DNA of 64,000 bases from an uncultured Chloroflexia bacterium (GTDB taxonomy: Bacteria; Chloroflexota; Limnocylindria; QHBO01). The position numbers and the translations under genes were made by a program. The stretch is taken from NCBI GenBank assembly GCA_963825525.1, contig CAWGTN010000003.1:64001-128000 (forward strand). Reading direction: 5' to 3'. Within the stretch, counting starts at the first letter, position 1. Each line of letters opens with the position of its first letter. The notes beneath the pieces were generated by a model that saw only the letters and a program-made list of their open reading frames with translations, made no database searches and was not told the origin of the DNA. This document shows positions 38,517 through 48,134 of this stretch, in pieces.

Positions 38517-38906
38517 ATGAAGCGCATCCTGTTCGTCGCGCTTGCCGGCCTCTTCACCTTCGGCGGTGTCTACGGCCTCGCGGCAAGCCTCAACCTCACC
38601 TCGGACGGGCTCGGTGCTGCGACGCAGGTCGTCGCAGGCTGCCAGGCCGGGACCCTCACTGCGACCTATACCTCGTCCTACTCGTCGTCGACTCCGGGCT
38701 ACACCGTCCCGACGGTCAACGTGACCGGCCTCGCGGCGTCGTGCTACAGCAAGGCATACCGGATCACCCTGACCGGCGCCGGCAACGCATCACTCGGGGA
38801 AGCGACCGGTACCACGCCGGCCAGCGGCACGACCTTCGCGGCGACATTCACGCCAGCGATCAGCGCGACCTCGATCACGGGCATCTCGGTCGTCATCAGC
38901 GGCTGA
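38517..38906 (+). CDS. Secreted Ser/Thr-rich pilin-like protein (putative major fibre subunit)
   Basis: MKRILF signal peptide, AASLNLTSDGLGAA, two Cys, C-terminal beta strand ISVVISG. Confidence 0.75.
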   Translation: MKRILFVALAGLFTFGGVYGLAASLNLTSDGLGAATQVVAGCQAGTLTATYTSSYSSSTPGYTVPTVNVTGLAASCYSKAYRITLTGAGNASLGEATGTTPASGTTFAATFTPAISATSITGISVVISG

Positions 38907-38913
38907 CCTCGAT

Positions 38914-38952
38914 CCCCGGGTCGCCGTCCGAGTCATCGGCGGCGGCCCTGGG
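38914..38952 (+). other. Intercistronic hairpin after the first subunit gene
   Basis: cccgggtcgccgtccga-gtca-tcggcggcggccctggg. Confidence 0.5.
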
Positions 38953-38976
38953 TGATCCGCAGCAAGAGACGTGCGC

Positions 38977-39349
38977 ATGAGTCCCTGGCGATCCGCCGCG
39001 ATCACCCTGCTGGCAACGATCGCCGGGGCCAGCGTTGGCGCCGCCGCGTCCCTTGCCCTCTCGGCCGGGAGCCTCGGTTTCGCAACCGCCAGCGTGCCGC
39101 AGGTGCACGAATGCGGGATTGACGGTCACGCCGATCCTCACCGTGAGCACGGTGACGAGCGTCACCGTGAGCACGTTGCCGCCGGCATGCGGAGGAGCAA
39201 CCATGGCGGTGACCGTCGATGACGGCACGACGACCGGCAGCGGCTCCGTCGTCATTCCGGGTGGCGGAGGGTCGGTGAGCGTGCCGATTACCGGGACCGC
39301 CGCCCTGCTGGCCTCGGTCCGGATCGATCTCGTGATCCTGGGACCGTGA
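38977..39349 (+). CDS. Second pilin-like paralog, frameshift near 39100
   Basis: AASLALSAGSLGFATASVP/RCTNAG...VTVSTLPPACGG...IDLVILGP; same Cys spacing as gene 38517. Confidence 0.7.
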
Positions 39350-40080
39350 GCCGACCCGTCGTTCGTCATCTCTCGAGTGTCGTGGCGATCCTCACGGCCG
39401 TGGCGCTCGGTGGTTCGTGGGGCCCGGCCAACGCCGCCAGCCTGTCGTTCAGCTCGCAGCTGCTCACGCCATATCGCACCTGCGTCCTCAGCGGGACGCC
39501 GGCAACGACGACGGTCGTCGCTGATGCGGAGGTCAGGCAGGCAACCGCCGGGACCAACTATGGCACCGCGACCACGCTGGTCGTCACCTCGAGCGGGACC
39601 GCCAACCGCCGGATCTACCTGCGGTTCGACCTCGCCGCCTGCGTTCCCGCCATCCCCGTCCACGGCGACTGTCCGGCTCGCGACGCTCCGGCTGTATGCC
39701 AGCGCCCTGCCGGCCGCCTGCCGCACACTCGATGTGTTTCGCCTCACCACCGCCTGGACGGAGGCGGCGATCACCTGGACCAATCAACCGTCGGGAACGG
39801 TGCTCAACACGCCCGCCGCTTGCCACCCGCTCGGACTCATTCGATGTCGGCACTCCGGTCGGCTGCCTCAACCGAACGGCGGGGGCCTACGTCAACGGGG
39901 TGGACCTCACCGCGGACGTGGCCGGCTTCGTGTCCGGGGCGTACCACCAATCGCGGGTGGATGATCCGTGACGATGTCGAGGGCTCGGCGACGGCTCGCA
40001 CCGTCACCTTCTCGGCCAAGAACCTGGGAACGCCCGCCCAGGCTCCGCAGCTGATCGTCACCTACGTCGTGGTGCCATGA
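39346..40080 (+). CDS. Secreted DNRLRE-like domain protein (putative tip or adhesin), three compensating frameshifts
   Basis: AASLSFSSQLL; ADAEVRQ..TNYG; RIYLRFDL; ATLRLY; WTEAAITWTNQP; NRGWMIR; PQLIVTY. Confidence 0.7.
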   Translation: MSRPVVRHLSSVVAILTAVALGGSWGPANAASLSFSSQLLTPYRTCVLSGTPATTTVVADAEVRQATAGTNYGTATTLVVTSSGTANRRIYLRFDLAACVPAIPVHGDCPARDAPAVCQRPAGRLPHTRCVSPHHRLDGGGDHLDQSTVGNGAQHARRLPPARTHSMSALRSAASTERRGPTSTGWTSPRTWPASCPGRTTNRGWMIRDDVEGSATARTVTFSAKNLGTPAQAPQLIVTYVVVP

Positions 40081-40638
40081 GCCTTCGTCCCTCGAGCATC
40101 TTCGGCACGATCGTGCTCGTCGTCCTGTTCGGTGCGTGGTTCGGCCTGTTCCGTCCCGTCAGCCTGGGCGGGCCGGCGACCTGGGTGGTCATCCGCGGGA
40201 GCTCGATGCAACCGACCTACGACACCGGCGATCTCGTGGTCATGCACGCGTCGGACGCGTACGCGTCAGGAGACGTCGTCGCGTACCGCGTTCCGGAAGG
40301 CCAGATCGGAGAGGGACACGTCGTTGTGCACCGGCTGGCAGGGGGCAACAACGGGGCGTGGGATGTCCTGGGCGACAACAACGACTCACTCGACCCGTGG
40401 CACCCGTCTAACGCACGACATCCTGGGCAAACCATGGATCACGGTCCCCGGGGCTGGACGGGTGGTGGCGTGGCTCCATCAGCCGGCGGTCCTGGCGGCT
40501 CTGGCATCGGCGATCGTCGTTTCGCTGCTCGTGGGATCGGAGACACCGCGCGCTGTTCCGGATCGCCGCCGCTCCACCATCACCTACGCCTGGTCGAAGG
40601 GGTCTAGACCTGCTCCATCGGAACAGCCGATGCGCTGA
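40077..40638 (+). CDS. sipW: SipW/ER-type signal peptidase I, frameshift near 40410
   Basis: IRGSSMQPT (Ser), VVVHR (His), GDNNDSLDPW, then ILGKPWITVPGAG and a TM segment in another frame. Confidence 0.8.
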
Positions 40639-41281
40639 CGCCGAGGCCGACCGGGCAGGCGACGCCGGTCGAGTGGTCCGGGCAGTACCCGCTCGGGTTC
40701 TTGGCGAGGTACTGCTGGTGGTAGTCCTCCGCGAAGTAGAACTCGGGCGCCGGCTGGATCTGGGTCGCGATGCGCCCGAAGCCGGCCTTGGTCAGCTCCG
40801 CCTGGTACATCTCGCGAGACGATTCGGCGGCGGCCCGCTGCGCGTCGTTCTGCGTGAAGATCACCGATCGATACTGCGTGCCGACGTCGTTGCCCTGCCG
40901 CATCTCCTGGGTCGGATCATGCTCCTCCCAGAAGGCCTTGAGGATCTCGGGATATGAGACCCGGGACGGATCGAAGACGACGCGGACCACCTCGGCGTGC
41001 CCGGTGCGGCTGCTGCAGACTTCCTCGTAGGTCGGGTTCGGCGTGTGCCCGCCCTGGTAGCCGACCGCGGTAACCAGGACGCCGGGCAGCTGCCAAAAGG
41101 TCTTCTCGACGCCCCAGAAGCACCCGGCGCCGAACTCGGCGATCTCGGACCCGGACGGATAGGGGCCCTTCAATGACGCGTCGTTGACGAAATGGCGCTC
41201 CGCGGTCGGAAGCGCGGCGGGGCGACCTGGGAGTGCGTCGCCCGGATCGACCATCTTGGTCTTATTGCCGAAGAGGAACAT
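40604..41281 (-). CDS. msrA: Peptide methionine sulfoxide reductase A
   Basis: GAGCFWGVE; NPTYEEVC; GNDVGTQYRS; AEDYHQQYL. Confidence 0.97.
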   Translation of the reverse strand: MFLFGNKTKMVDPGDALPGRPAALPTAERHFVNDASLKGPYPSGSEIAEFGAGCFWGVEKTFWQLPGVLVTAVGYQGGHTPNPTYEEVCSSRTGHAEVVRVVFDPSRVSYPEILKAFWEEHDPTQEMRQGNDVGTQYRSVIFTQNDAQRAAAESSREMYQAELTKAGFGRIATQIQPAPEFYFAEDYHQQYLAKNPSGYCPDHSTGVACPVGLGVSASAVPMEQV

Positions 41282-41408
41282 GAATGAAGTCTACGCCCGA
41301 TTCATGACGGTTGCGTGAAGGTGAACAGGCGCGGCGGGCGGTCGCGGCGTCGCCGACCGGGGCGGGTCAGGAGGTGCGACTTCGGCACGAGCCCGATACC
41401 ATCCATCC

Positions 41409-41795
41409 ATGACGCATGACCCAGCCGACTATCCCGAGGTCCGCCTGGCCGAGCTCGTGATGCCGAACCGAACGAACCATCACGGGACCCTGTTCGGCGG
41501 ACATGCGCTCGGGTTGATGGATCATGCCGGCTGGGTGGCAGCCACCCGATGTGCGCGTCGGACCATGGTCACGGTCGCGTCCGATCGGGTGGAGTTCAAG
41601 GTCCCGGTCCGCGCCGGACAGCTGGTGGAGCTGGTGGCGCGGGTCACGGCGGTGGGGCGCACGTCGGTGACGGTCGGCGTCGACATGTTCTCGGAGGACG
41701 TGGCGACCGGCGAGCGGCGACTCGCGACCTCGGGGAGCTTCGTGTTCGTTGCCATCGATGACGCGGGGGCTCCGACGCCGATTGCCGGCCGCTGA
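41409..41795 (+). CDS. Hotdog acyl-CoA thioesterase
   Basis: MPNRTNHHGTLFGG; VGRTSVTV; FVFVAIDDAG. Confidence 0.9.
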   Translation: MTHDPADYPEVRLAELVMPNRTNHHGTLFGGHALGLMDHAGWVAATRCARRTMVTVASDRVEFKVPVRAGQLVELVARVTAVGRTSVTVGVDMFSEDVATGERRLATSGSFVFVAIDDAGAPTPIAGR

Positions 41796-41844
41796 CGCGG
41801 CGCCTCCCGGGTTGAACGTTTCGCAGGGTCGCCGCGTATCCATG

Positions 41845-41964
41845 TCACGAGGCGGGTGGGTGCGATGCGGACCCGACGCACGGCCGGCACGGATCGCGAC
41901 ACGGAGCGTCGCAGTGGCCTGAGCGATCCGCGACCACCGGTCGTCGACGGGCCCGGGACGCCAT
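41845..41964 (-). CDS. Possible 39-aa Cys-rich peptide
   Basis: GAGGAGG RBS; MASRARRRPVVADRSGHCDAPCRDPCRPCVGSASHPPAS. Confidence 0.3.
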   Translation of the reverse strand: MASRARRRPVVADRSGHCDAPCRDPCRPCVGSASHPPAS

Positions 41965-42040
41965 CGCAACCCTCCTCGTCCGTTCGCCTGTTCATGCGCG
42001 GCGCGACCCAGGGGCGTGGGTCGCGCCGCACCTCGCCCGG

Positions 42041-42649
42041 TCAGCTCTCGAGGGAGCCGTGGGACGCGGTGTCGCCGACCACCAGCACGATCGCGCGGGC
42101 CAGGCTCGCGCCCTCGTTTCGCAGCTGGTGGGGCTGGTGGTCACCGAAGCCGATCGAGTCGCCCGCGGCAAGTCGATGCTCACCGAACCCGACCCGGAAC
42201 GTGAGCTCTCCCTCCAGCACGAGAAACAGGTCGCGCCCCGAGTGCCTGAGGAACTCCTCGCCGCTGGTGGCGCCGGGTTCGTATCGGATCTCCATGAACC
42301 GAGTTCCAGGCTCGTCGCGCGGCAGCAGGTTCTCCCAGGTCACGCCCCCGTTCAGCTGGATTCGCTGCCGATCGGCCGAACGAACCACCCAGGCGGTTTC
42401 ACCGAGCACGGCCTGGATATGCGACGGCACGTCGCCGAAGAACGACGCGACGGGCACGTCCAGGGCCGCCGCCAGCAGGTAGAGGGTGTCCACCGACGGC
42501 GTGACCTTGCCGTTCTCTACCTGGCTGAGAAGGCTGGGACTGGCGCCGATGGCTCGCGCCAGCTGACGCAAGGACAGCTCCCTCGAGGCGCGCAGCGCCC
42601 GCAACCGTGCGCCGATCTCCGTGGCATTCGGTGCCCGCCGGTCGGTCAT
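42041..42649 (-). CDS. XRE-cupin regulator (PuuR-like)
   Basis: LSLRQLARAIGASPSLLSQVENGKVTPS plus a cupin domain. Confidence 0.9.
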   Translation of the reverse strand: MTDRRAPNATEIGARLRALRASRELSLRQLARAIGASPSLLSQVENGKVTPSVDTLYLLAAALDVPVASFFGDVPSHIQAVLGETAWVVRSADRQRIQLNGGVTWENLLPRDEPGTRFMEIRYEPGATSGEEFLRHSGRDLFLVLEGELTFRVGFGEHRLAAGDSIGFGDHQPHQLRNEGASLARAIVLVVGDTASHGSLES

Positions 42650-42662
42650 CGGACAGGCGGCC

Positions 42663-42721
42663 GTTCAGTAGCAATGAACTTACTGCCCGAATGCCCCGTA
42701 TTGTGTTCAGCCTGACTGATG
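42663..42721. promoter_or_regulatory. Candidate operator sites for the XRE-cupin regulator
   Basis: GTTCA-N7-TGAAC (42663-79) and degenerate GTTCA-N7-TGATG (42705-21) in the divergent intergenic region. Confidence 0.5.
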
Positions 42722-42847
42722 AAATGGGCAGGCAATGGCACTACGCCGGTCGGGCGAGTCATCGGCAGGGAGTCCTGGTCCGTCTCGTCTTCGCCGATCA
42801 CTCGCTCGGCCGCGCGCCATCGGGGAATCATGGAGGAACGCGCTGTC

Positions 42848-44824
42848 ATGCAACCACGCACGTGGCGATACGCCGCGATGGTCACGACGCTCGGCTTGGT
42901 GCTCGCCGCCTGCGGGGGAGCGGGCACGAATTCGTCGGGTGGGGCCACAGGATCCGATTCGCCCTCCACTGGTCCGGGGTCCTCAGGGGATCCTGGCGGT
43001 GAATCCGGCTATCGCGATGCTATCACCTGGGTCCTGGACGGCCAGCCCGGGAAGATCAGCAACGGCGCCGATGATGATCCCACCGCCGACCTGGCGGCGT
43101 TCATCTACGACGGGCTCTATCAGTACAACGACAAGATCGAGCCGGTCCCGAACCTCGCGACCTGCGAGCCAGACGCGGATGAGTTGGTGTGGACCTGCTC
43201 CCTTGGGGAAGCCACGTTCCACAACGGCGACCCGATGACGGCCGAGGACGTGAAGTACAGCTACGACCTCGCCATCAGCGAGAACTGCACGTACAACCCC
43301 TCGATCTGCCTCGCCGGGTTCGTGGAGTCGGTCGACGTCATCGACGACCAGACGATCGCCTTCACCCTGCCGCAGGCGTACTCACCGTTCCTCACGCTGA
43401 TCCTGCCAACCCTCGGCATCGAGTCGAAGGCCGTGATCGAGGATGCGTATGCGGAGTTCACCGGCGCTGCCGGATCGATTGACCCGACCGACGTCCGCGA
43501 TGCGGCGGCGGCGATCGACGAGCCGGCGGGGGCCGACGAGCCTGATGCTGCGGGCTGCGAGGCGGCCCTGGCGGATGCCGAGGCTCTGCTCACGCAGGCT
43601 GGCGTGGAGCTGCCGCGACGCGAGGACCACACCTTCGACGGTGCCTTCGATCCATGCAGCTACGGGACGACGCTGTCCACCGACCTGCTGGGGGTTGCCA
43701 CCTCGCTCGAGGCCGATGGCCTGGATGCCGTGGCTGCGGTCTACAGCCTCCTGCCGTTCAACCGCGCGCCGGTCGGCACCGGCCCGTACAAGCTCGTCGA
43801 GTTCGAGGTCGGCCAGAGCGTCGTTCTCGAGGCGCACGAGGACTACCACGACGGGACGCCCGCCACGCCACGGATGAACTTCGTGATCATCACCGACCTG
43901 GTCGCCGCCGCCAGCGCGCTGGCCGCCGGGCAGGTCGACTACGTCGAGGAGATGACGCCCGACGCGTACGAGGCGGTTCGCAATGCCTCGAACGTGAAGG
44001 TCGCCGAGTACCCCGGATTCCTGCACCTCGAGTTGCAGTTCAACGTGCGTGAGGGACGGATCTTCGGCGACATCAACCTGCGCAAGGCGCTGCAGCTGTG
44101 CATCGACAAGGCGGGGCTGGTGAGTGCGGCAACCAATGGGACCGCGCTGCCGACGGAGTCGGAGACGCCTCCGGCATCGTGGGCCTTCAACCCGGACGTG
44201 CAGGGCGTCGAGCGCGACGTCGACGCAGCCAAGGCGCTCATCGAGGAGTCCGGCTGGACCATGGGCGACGACGACTTCTACCAGCAGGACGGTCGTCGGC
44301 TGGAGGCCACCGTCCTCGTCAGGGCCGGCCAGAGCGACCGGATCAACTTCATGCAGCTCTTCGCGGAGCAGGTCCGAGAGTGCGGCGTGGACATCACGGT
44401 CAATCCCGCCGACTTCCAGACCGTGCTGCTGCCGGCCCTCGATCGGGCATGGGCCGCGGATGGGTTCGACGCCTACTTCGGCGGATGGTCCGCCGCGGTC
44501 GACCCCGACCCGTTCAGCCTCTGGCACTGCAGCCAGGTCAGCACGGAAGAGCGACCGGAGCAGTTCAACTACATCGGCTACTGCAACGAGGAGGTCGACG
44601 AGATCATCGAGGCAGGCCTGGCCACGAGTGACCAGGCGGAGCGCAAGGAGCTGTACTTCCGCTTCCAGGAGATCCTTGCCGAGGAGCAACCGTACCTGTT
44701 CGCCTACGCGCCCCTCGTGCGGGACGGGATGGACGTCGGTCTCACGTTCACCGACGGCGAGCTGAACCTCGAGTCGCCGACCTGGCTGTGGCAGCGCCAC
44801 AAGGTCGTGATCCCGGAGTCCTGA
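42848..44824 (+). CDS. Family 5 (Dpp/Opp) substrate-binding lipoprotein
   Basis: Lipobox LAAC; FHNGDPMTAEDVKYS; PVGTGPYK. Confidence 0.9.
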   Translation: MQPRTWRYAAMVTTLGLVLAACGGAGTNSSGGATGSDSPSTGPGSSGDPGGESGYRDAITWVLDGQPGKISNGADDDPTADLAAFIYDGLYQYNDKIEPVPNLATCEPDADELVWTCSLGEATFHNGDPMTAEDVKYSYDLAISENCTYNPSICLAGFVESVDVIDDQTIAFTLPQAYSPFLTLILPTLGIESKAVIEDAYAEFTGAAGSIDPTDVRDAAAAIDEPAGADEPDAAGCEAALADAEALLTQAGVELPRREDHTFDGAFDPCSYGTTLSTDLLGVATSLEADGLDAVAAVYSLLPFNRAPVGTGPYKLVEFEVGQSVVLEAHEDYHDGTPATPRMNFVIITDLVAAASALAAGQVDYVEEMTPDAYEAVRNASNVKVAEYPGFLHLELQFNVREGRIFGDINLRKALQLCIDKAGLVSAATNGTALPTESETPPASWAFNPDVQGVERDVDAAKALIEESGWTMGDDDFYQQDGRRLEATVLVRAGQSDRINFMQLFAEQVRECGVDITVNPADFQTVLLPALDRAWAADGFDAYFGGWSAAVDPDPFSLWHCSQVSTEERPEQFNYIGYCNEEVDEIIEAGLATSDQAERKELYFRFQEILAEEQPYLFAYAPLVRDGMDVGLTFTDGELNLESPTWLWQRHKVVIPES

Positions 44825-44841
44825 GACCGGGAAGACCCGAT

Positions 44842-44876
44842 GCCGATGGCGTCCGCCGAGCGCGGGCGCCATCGGC
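44842..44876 (+). other. Hairpin after the SBP gene
   Basis: gccgatggcgtccgc-cgagc-gcgggcgccatcggc. Confidence 0.5.
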
Positions 44877-44906
44877 CATCCCATCCGCTGAACGAGAGGC
44901 TTGGAC

Positions 44907-45869
44907 ATGACGGGCTACATCGCGAGACGCTTGCTGCAGGCCGTCCCCATCCTGTTCGGCGTCGCGATCATCAGCTTCGGGCTGGTCCACCTGGCGCCCG
45001 GTGACCCCATCGATCGATTCCGGACTCCGACCGTCCGTCCCGACCAGCTCGAGGGCCTCATCCGGCTCTACGGCCTCGACCGGCCGATCCACGAGCAGTT
45101 CTGGAGCTGGATCAGCACGTACGTCCAGATCTGGCGACCGGAGGCGTGGGGCTATTCGTTCCTCGACGGCCAGCCGGTCATCTACAAGATCGCCGAGCGC
45201 CTTCCGGCGACCCTGCTGCTGGGTGGGACCGCCCTGCTCGTCACGGTGCTGGTCGCGATCCCGCTCGGGATTCTCGCCGCCGTGCGCCAGTACAGCTGGG
45301 CCGATCGGCTCATCAGCAGCCTTGCCACCGTCGGCTACGCCATCCCGTCCTTCCTGCTCGGGCTCTACCTGCTCTTCTTCGGCGGCGTGGTCTTCGGGTG
45401 GTTCCCGCTGTTCGGCATGGAGAGCTTCGGCAACGAGGGCGATCCGCTGGACATCGCGTGGCACCTCGTCCTGCCCGTCGCGAGCCTCGCGATCCAGCAG
45501 ATCGCCGGCTGGTCGCGCTACGTTCGTGCGGCGATGCTCGAGGTCCTGCACCAGGACTACGTCCGGACGGCGCACGCCAAGGGCCTGCCCGCACGCCGCG
45601 TGACCTTCAAGCACGCCCTCCGCAACGCGATCATCCCGGTGATCACGCTGCTGGGCCTGACGATCCCGACGCTGCTCGGCGGCGCGGCGATCACCGAGGC
45701 GATCTTCAGCTGGCCCGGAGTCGGCCAGATGGGCGTCGACGCGGTCGCCAACCGTGACTACCCGGTGGTCCTGGCCTTCGTGATGATCGGTGGCATCGGG
45801 GTGGTGATCGGCAACCTGCTGGCGGACATCTTCTACGCGGTCGCCGATCCGCGCATCAAGCTCGGCTGA
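44907..45869 (+). CDS. Peptide ABC permease, DppB/OppB-like
   Basis: YIARRLLQAVP; DYVRTAHAKGL; KHALRNA; DPRIK. Confidence 0.93.
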   Translation: MTGYIARRLLQAVPILFGVAIISFGLVHLAPGDPIDRFRTPTVRPDQLEGLIRLYGLDRPIHEQFWSWISTYVQIWRPEAWGYSFLDGQPVIYKIAERLPATLLLGGTALLVTVLVAIPLGILAAVRQYSWADRLISSLATVGYAIPSFLLGLYLLFFGGVVFGWFPLFGMESFGNEGDPLDIAWHLVLPVASLAIQQIAGWSRYVRAAMLEVLHQDYVRTAHAKGLPARRVTFKHALRNAIIPVITLLGLTIPTLLGGAAITEAIFSWPGVGQMGVDAVANRDYPVVLAFVMIGGIGVVIGNLLADIFYAVADPRIKLG

Positions 45870-45881
45870 AGGAGCGATCTC

Positions 45882-46826
45882 ATGACCAATGTCGATGTTC
45901 TCGTGCCCCGTCCGCAGGATCATGACGTCGACGCCGACCTGCTCGACCAATCACCGGTGCGCACCTACTGGCAGCTGGCGCGGGCGCGATTCGTCCGGAA
46001 CCGGCTGGCGCTCATCGGCCTGGTCGCCCTCGCCGTCCTGGTTGTCGGCTCGCTCGTGCTGCCGGCCGTGACCGGCGACGCGTGGCGCGCCGCGGTGTTG
46101 GCGAAGGTCAACGCACCGCCCGAGATCGGCACCGACGCGGCGGGCGAGTTCCGATTCGCGCCGCTCGGCTACAGCGACATCGGCCAGAACATCCTCGCGC
46201 GCCTGGCCAAGGCGACCGGCACCAGCCTGTCGATCGGAAGCGCTGCCGTGCTCATCATCGTGGCGCTCGGCATCGGCGTCGGGTCAGTGGCGGGCTACGT
46301 GGGCGGCTGGGTCGACAACCTGCTCATGAGATTCGTCGACATCGTGCTCAGCCTGCCGGCCCTGTTCATCATCCTGGCCCTGGTCAGCTTCTGGGGCGGC
46401 GGAAGCGTGTGGGTCATCATCATCGCCATCGGCATCACCAGCTGGACGCTCGCCGCCCGACTGGTGCGTGCCGAGTTCCTCCGCCTGCGAGAGGTCGACT
46501 ACGTCGCCGCCGCTCGAGCCCTGGGTGCCAGCCCGCTGCGCATCATGCTCCGGCACATGCTGCCGCCGGCCATGGCCCCGATCATCGTGGCCGCAACTCT
46601 GGGTGTGGCGGACTCGGTGGTCATCGAGGCGGCCCTCAGCTTCCTGGGCTTCGGCATCAGCCAGCCGGAGGCCAGCCTGGGCAACATGCTGACCGAGGCC
46701 CAGACCTACTTCTTCCGGAACCCATGGCTCGTGGCGTGGCCGGGGATCGTGCTCATCACGATCGTCATGAGCGCCTCGTTCCTGGGCGACGGGCTGCGCG
46801 ACGCGCTCGACCCGCGCCAGCGCTGA
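45882..46826 (+). CDS. Peptide ABC permease, DppC/OppC-like
   Basis: DYVAAARALGA; EAALSFLGFG; GDGLRDALDPR. Confidence 0.93.
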   Translation: MTNVDVLVPRPQDHDVDADLLDQSPVRTYWQLARARFVRNRLALIGLVALAVLVVGSLVLPAVTGDAWRAAVLAKVNAPPEIGTDAAGEFRFAPLGYSDIGQNILARLAKATGTSLSIGSAAVLIIVALGIGVGSVAGYVGGWVDNLLMRFVDIVLSLPALFIILALVSFWGGGSVWVIIIAIGITSWTLAARLVRAEFLRLREVDYVAAARALGASPLRIMLRHMLPPAMAPIIVAATLGVADSVVIEAALSFLGFGISQPEASLGNMLTEAQTYFFRNPWLVAWPGIVLITIVMSASFLGDGLRDALDPRQR

Positions 46827-46841
46827 CGGAGGAAGACAAAC

Positions 46842-46872
46842 GCCCCGATCGGGCTCGGAGTCCGATCGGGGC
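46842..46872. terminator. Hairpin between convergent genes
   Basis: gccccgatcgggct-cgg-agtccgatcggggc; T-rich tail on the minus strand. Confidence 0.6.
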
Positions 46873-46984
46873 ATCTGCCTGGAGGGTATTGGGTTGCCAG
46901 GATGATCCCTCTTCCCGGGCCAGACGACCAGCGACGTTGGACTCACGCGGCGCCTACGTCAAGCGACGTAGCCGATGCGTTCGG

Positions 46985-48103
46985 TCAGGTTCGGAGGCGG
47001 TCTCCCATGAGCGCTCGGAGGCGCTCGTGGTCCAGGGCATGGGCCGTGATGCCGTCACGCCCGACCATCGTCTCGGCCGCCAGCAGCGCGTTGGTGATCG
47101 ATTCCTCGGTCGCCTCGACGGTGGCCTCGAGGAGCGGGTTGATCTGCTCGTCGACGACCATGCGCAGGGAGACGGGAGCTCTCGGATCGTCCTCCCCGGC
47201 CCGGTGCGACAGCCCGCGGTTGCCGGTCGAGAAGGCCAGGAACAGATCGCCCGAGCCATGCGAGGCGTAGCTCCCCATGCGCGCGACGCCCATGCCGACC
47301 CGCTGCGCCAGGCGCGCGCACTGGTGGGGGAGGAGCGGCGCGTCGGTTGCCACGATGCCGATGATCGAGCCTCCCTCCGGACCGATGCGGTTGCCGAGCC
47401 GTTCGACCGCGTCCCAGGGCGACGCGACCTCGTCACGTGGGATCGCGGCACCCACCGGGACGCCGTCGATGCGCAGCAACCCGCGTTCTCCGTAGTTGGC
47501 CTGCACCAGGACGCCGACCGTCCACGCACCCGCCCTCCGCGATGCGGTTCCGATCCCACCCTTGAACTCGTGGCAGATCATGCCGGTGCCGCCGCCCACG
47601 TTGCCCTCGGCCACCACGCCGCCGCTCGCCGAGGCAAGCGCCGTCTCGACGTGCTCGGGCCGGACGTGGAAGCCGTTGATGTCGTTGAGCCCGCCGTCGT
47701 ACGTCTCGCCGACCACCGGCAGCGACCAGAACGTCTCGTTCGGGCCGTGAGCGGCAGCCGCGGCCGCGATCAGAGCGTCGTGAACGACCCCGACGCTGTG
47801 CGTGTTCGTGATCCCGATGGCTCCGGCCAGCATCCCCGACTCGCGGATCCACTCGAGCCCGGTCAGCTCTCCGTTGCCGTTGAGCCGATGGGCGCCGGCG
47901 AAGACCGGCTCGGTCCAGATATCGCCCTCGTGCGGCACCACCACCGTGACCCCGGTTCGAACCGGCCCGTGGCCAGGCGTCAGCGGGCCATCGCCCGAGA
48001 TGAGCGTCGTGTGGCCGACCCGGACGCCGGCCACATCGGTGATCGCATTGAGTTCGCCCGGCGGCATCCGGCCGATGCGGATGCCAAGGTCACGTGCGCG
48101 CAT
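46985..48103 (-). CDS. dmpA: DmpA/P1 (S58) aminopeptidase
   Basis: NAITDVAGVRVGH; EGNVGGGTGM; GGSIIG autoprocessing site; GSGDLFLAFST. Confidence 0.9.
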   Translation of the reverse strand: MRARDLGIRIGRMPPGELNAITDVAGVRVGHTTLISGDGPLTPGHGPVRTGVTVVVPHEGDIWTEPVFAGAHRLNGNGELTGLEWIRESGMLAGAIGITNTHSVGVVHDALIAAAAAAHGPNETFWSLPVVGETYDGGLNDINGFHVRPEHVETALASASGGVVAEGNVGGGTGMICHEFKGGIGTASRRAGAWTVGVLVQANYGERGLLRIDGVPVGAAIPRDEVASPWDAVERLGNRIGPEGGSIIGIVATDAPLLPHQCARLAQRVGMGVARMGSYASHGSGDLFLAFSTGNRGLSHRAGEDDPRAPVSLRMVVDEQINPLLEATVEATEESITNALLAAETMVGRDGITAHALDHERLRALMGDRLRT

Positions 48104-48134
48104 CGGCGCAGTCTACCGGGGCGGCGCGGCCGCC

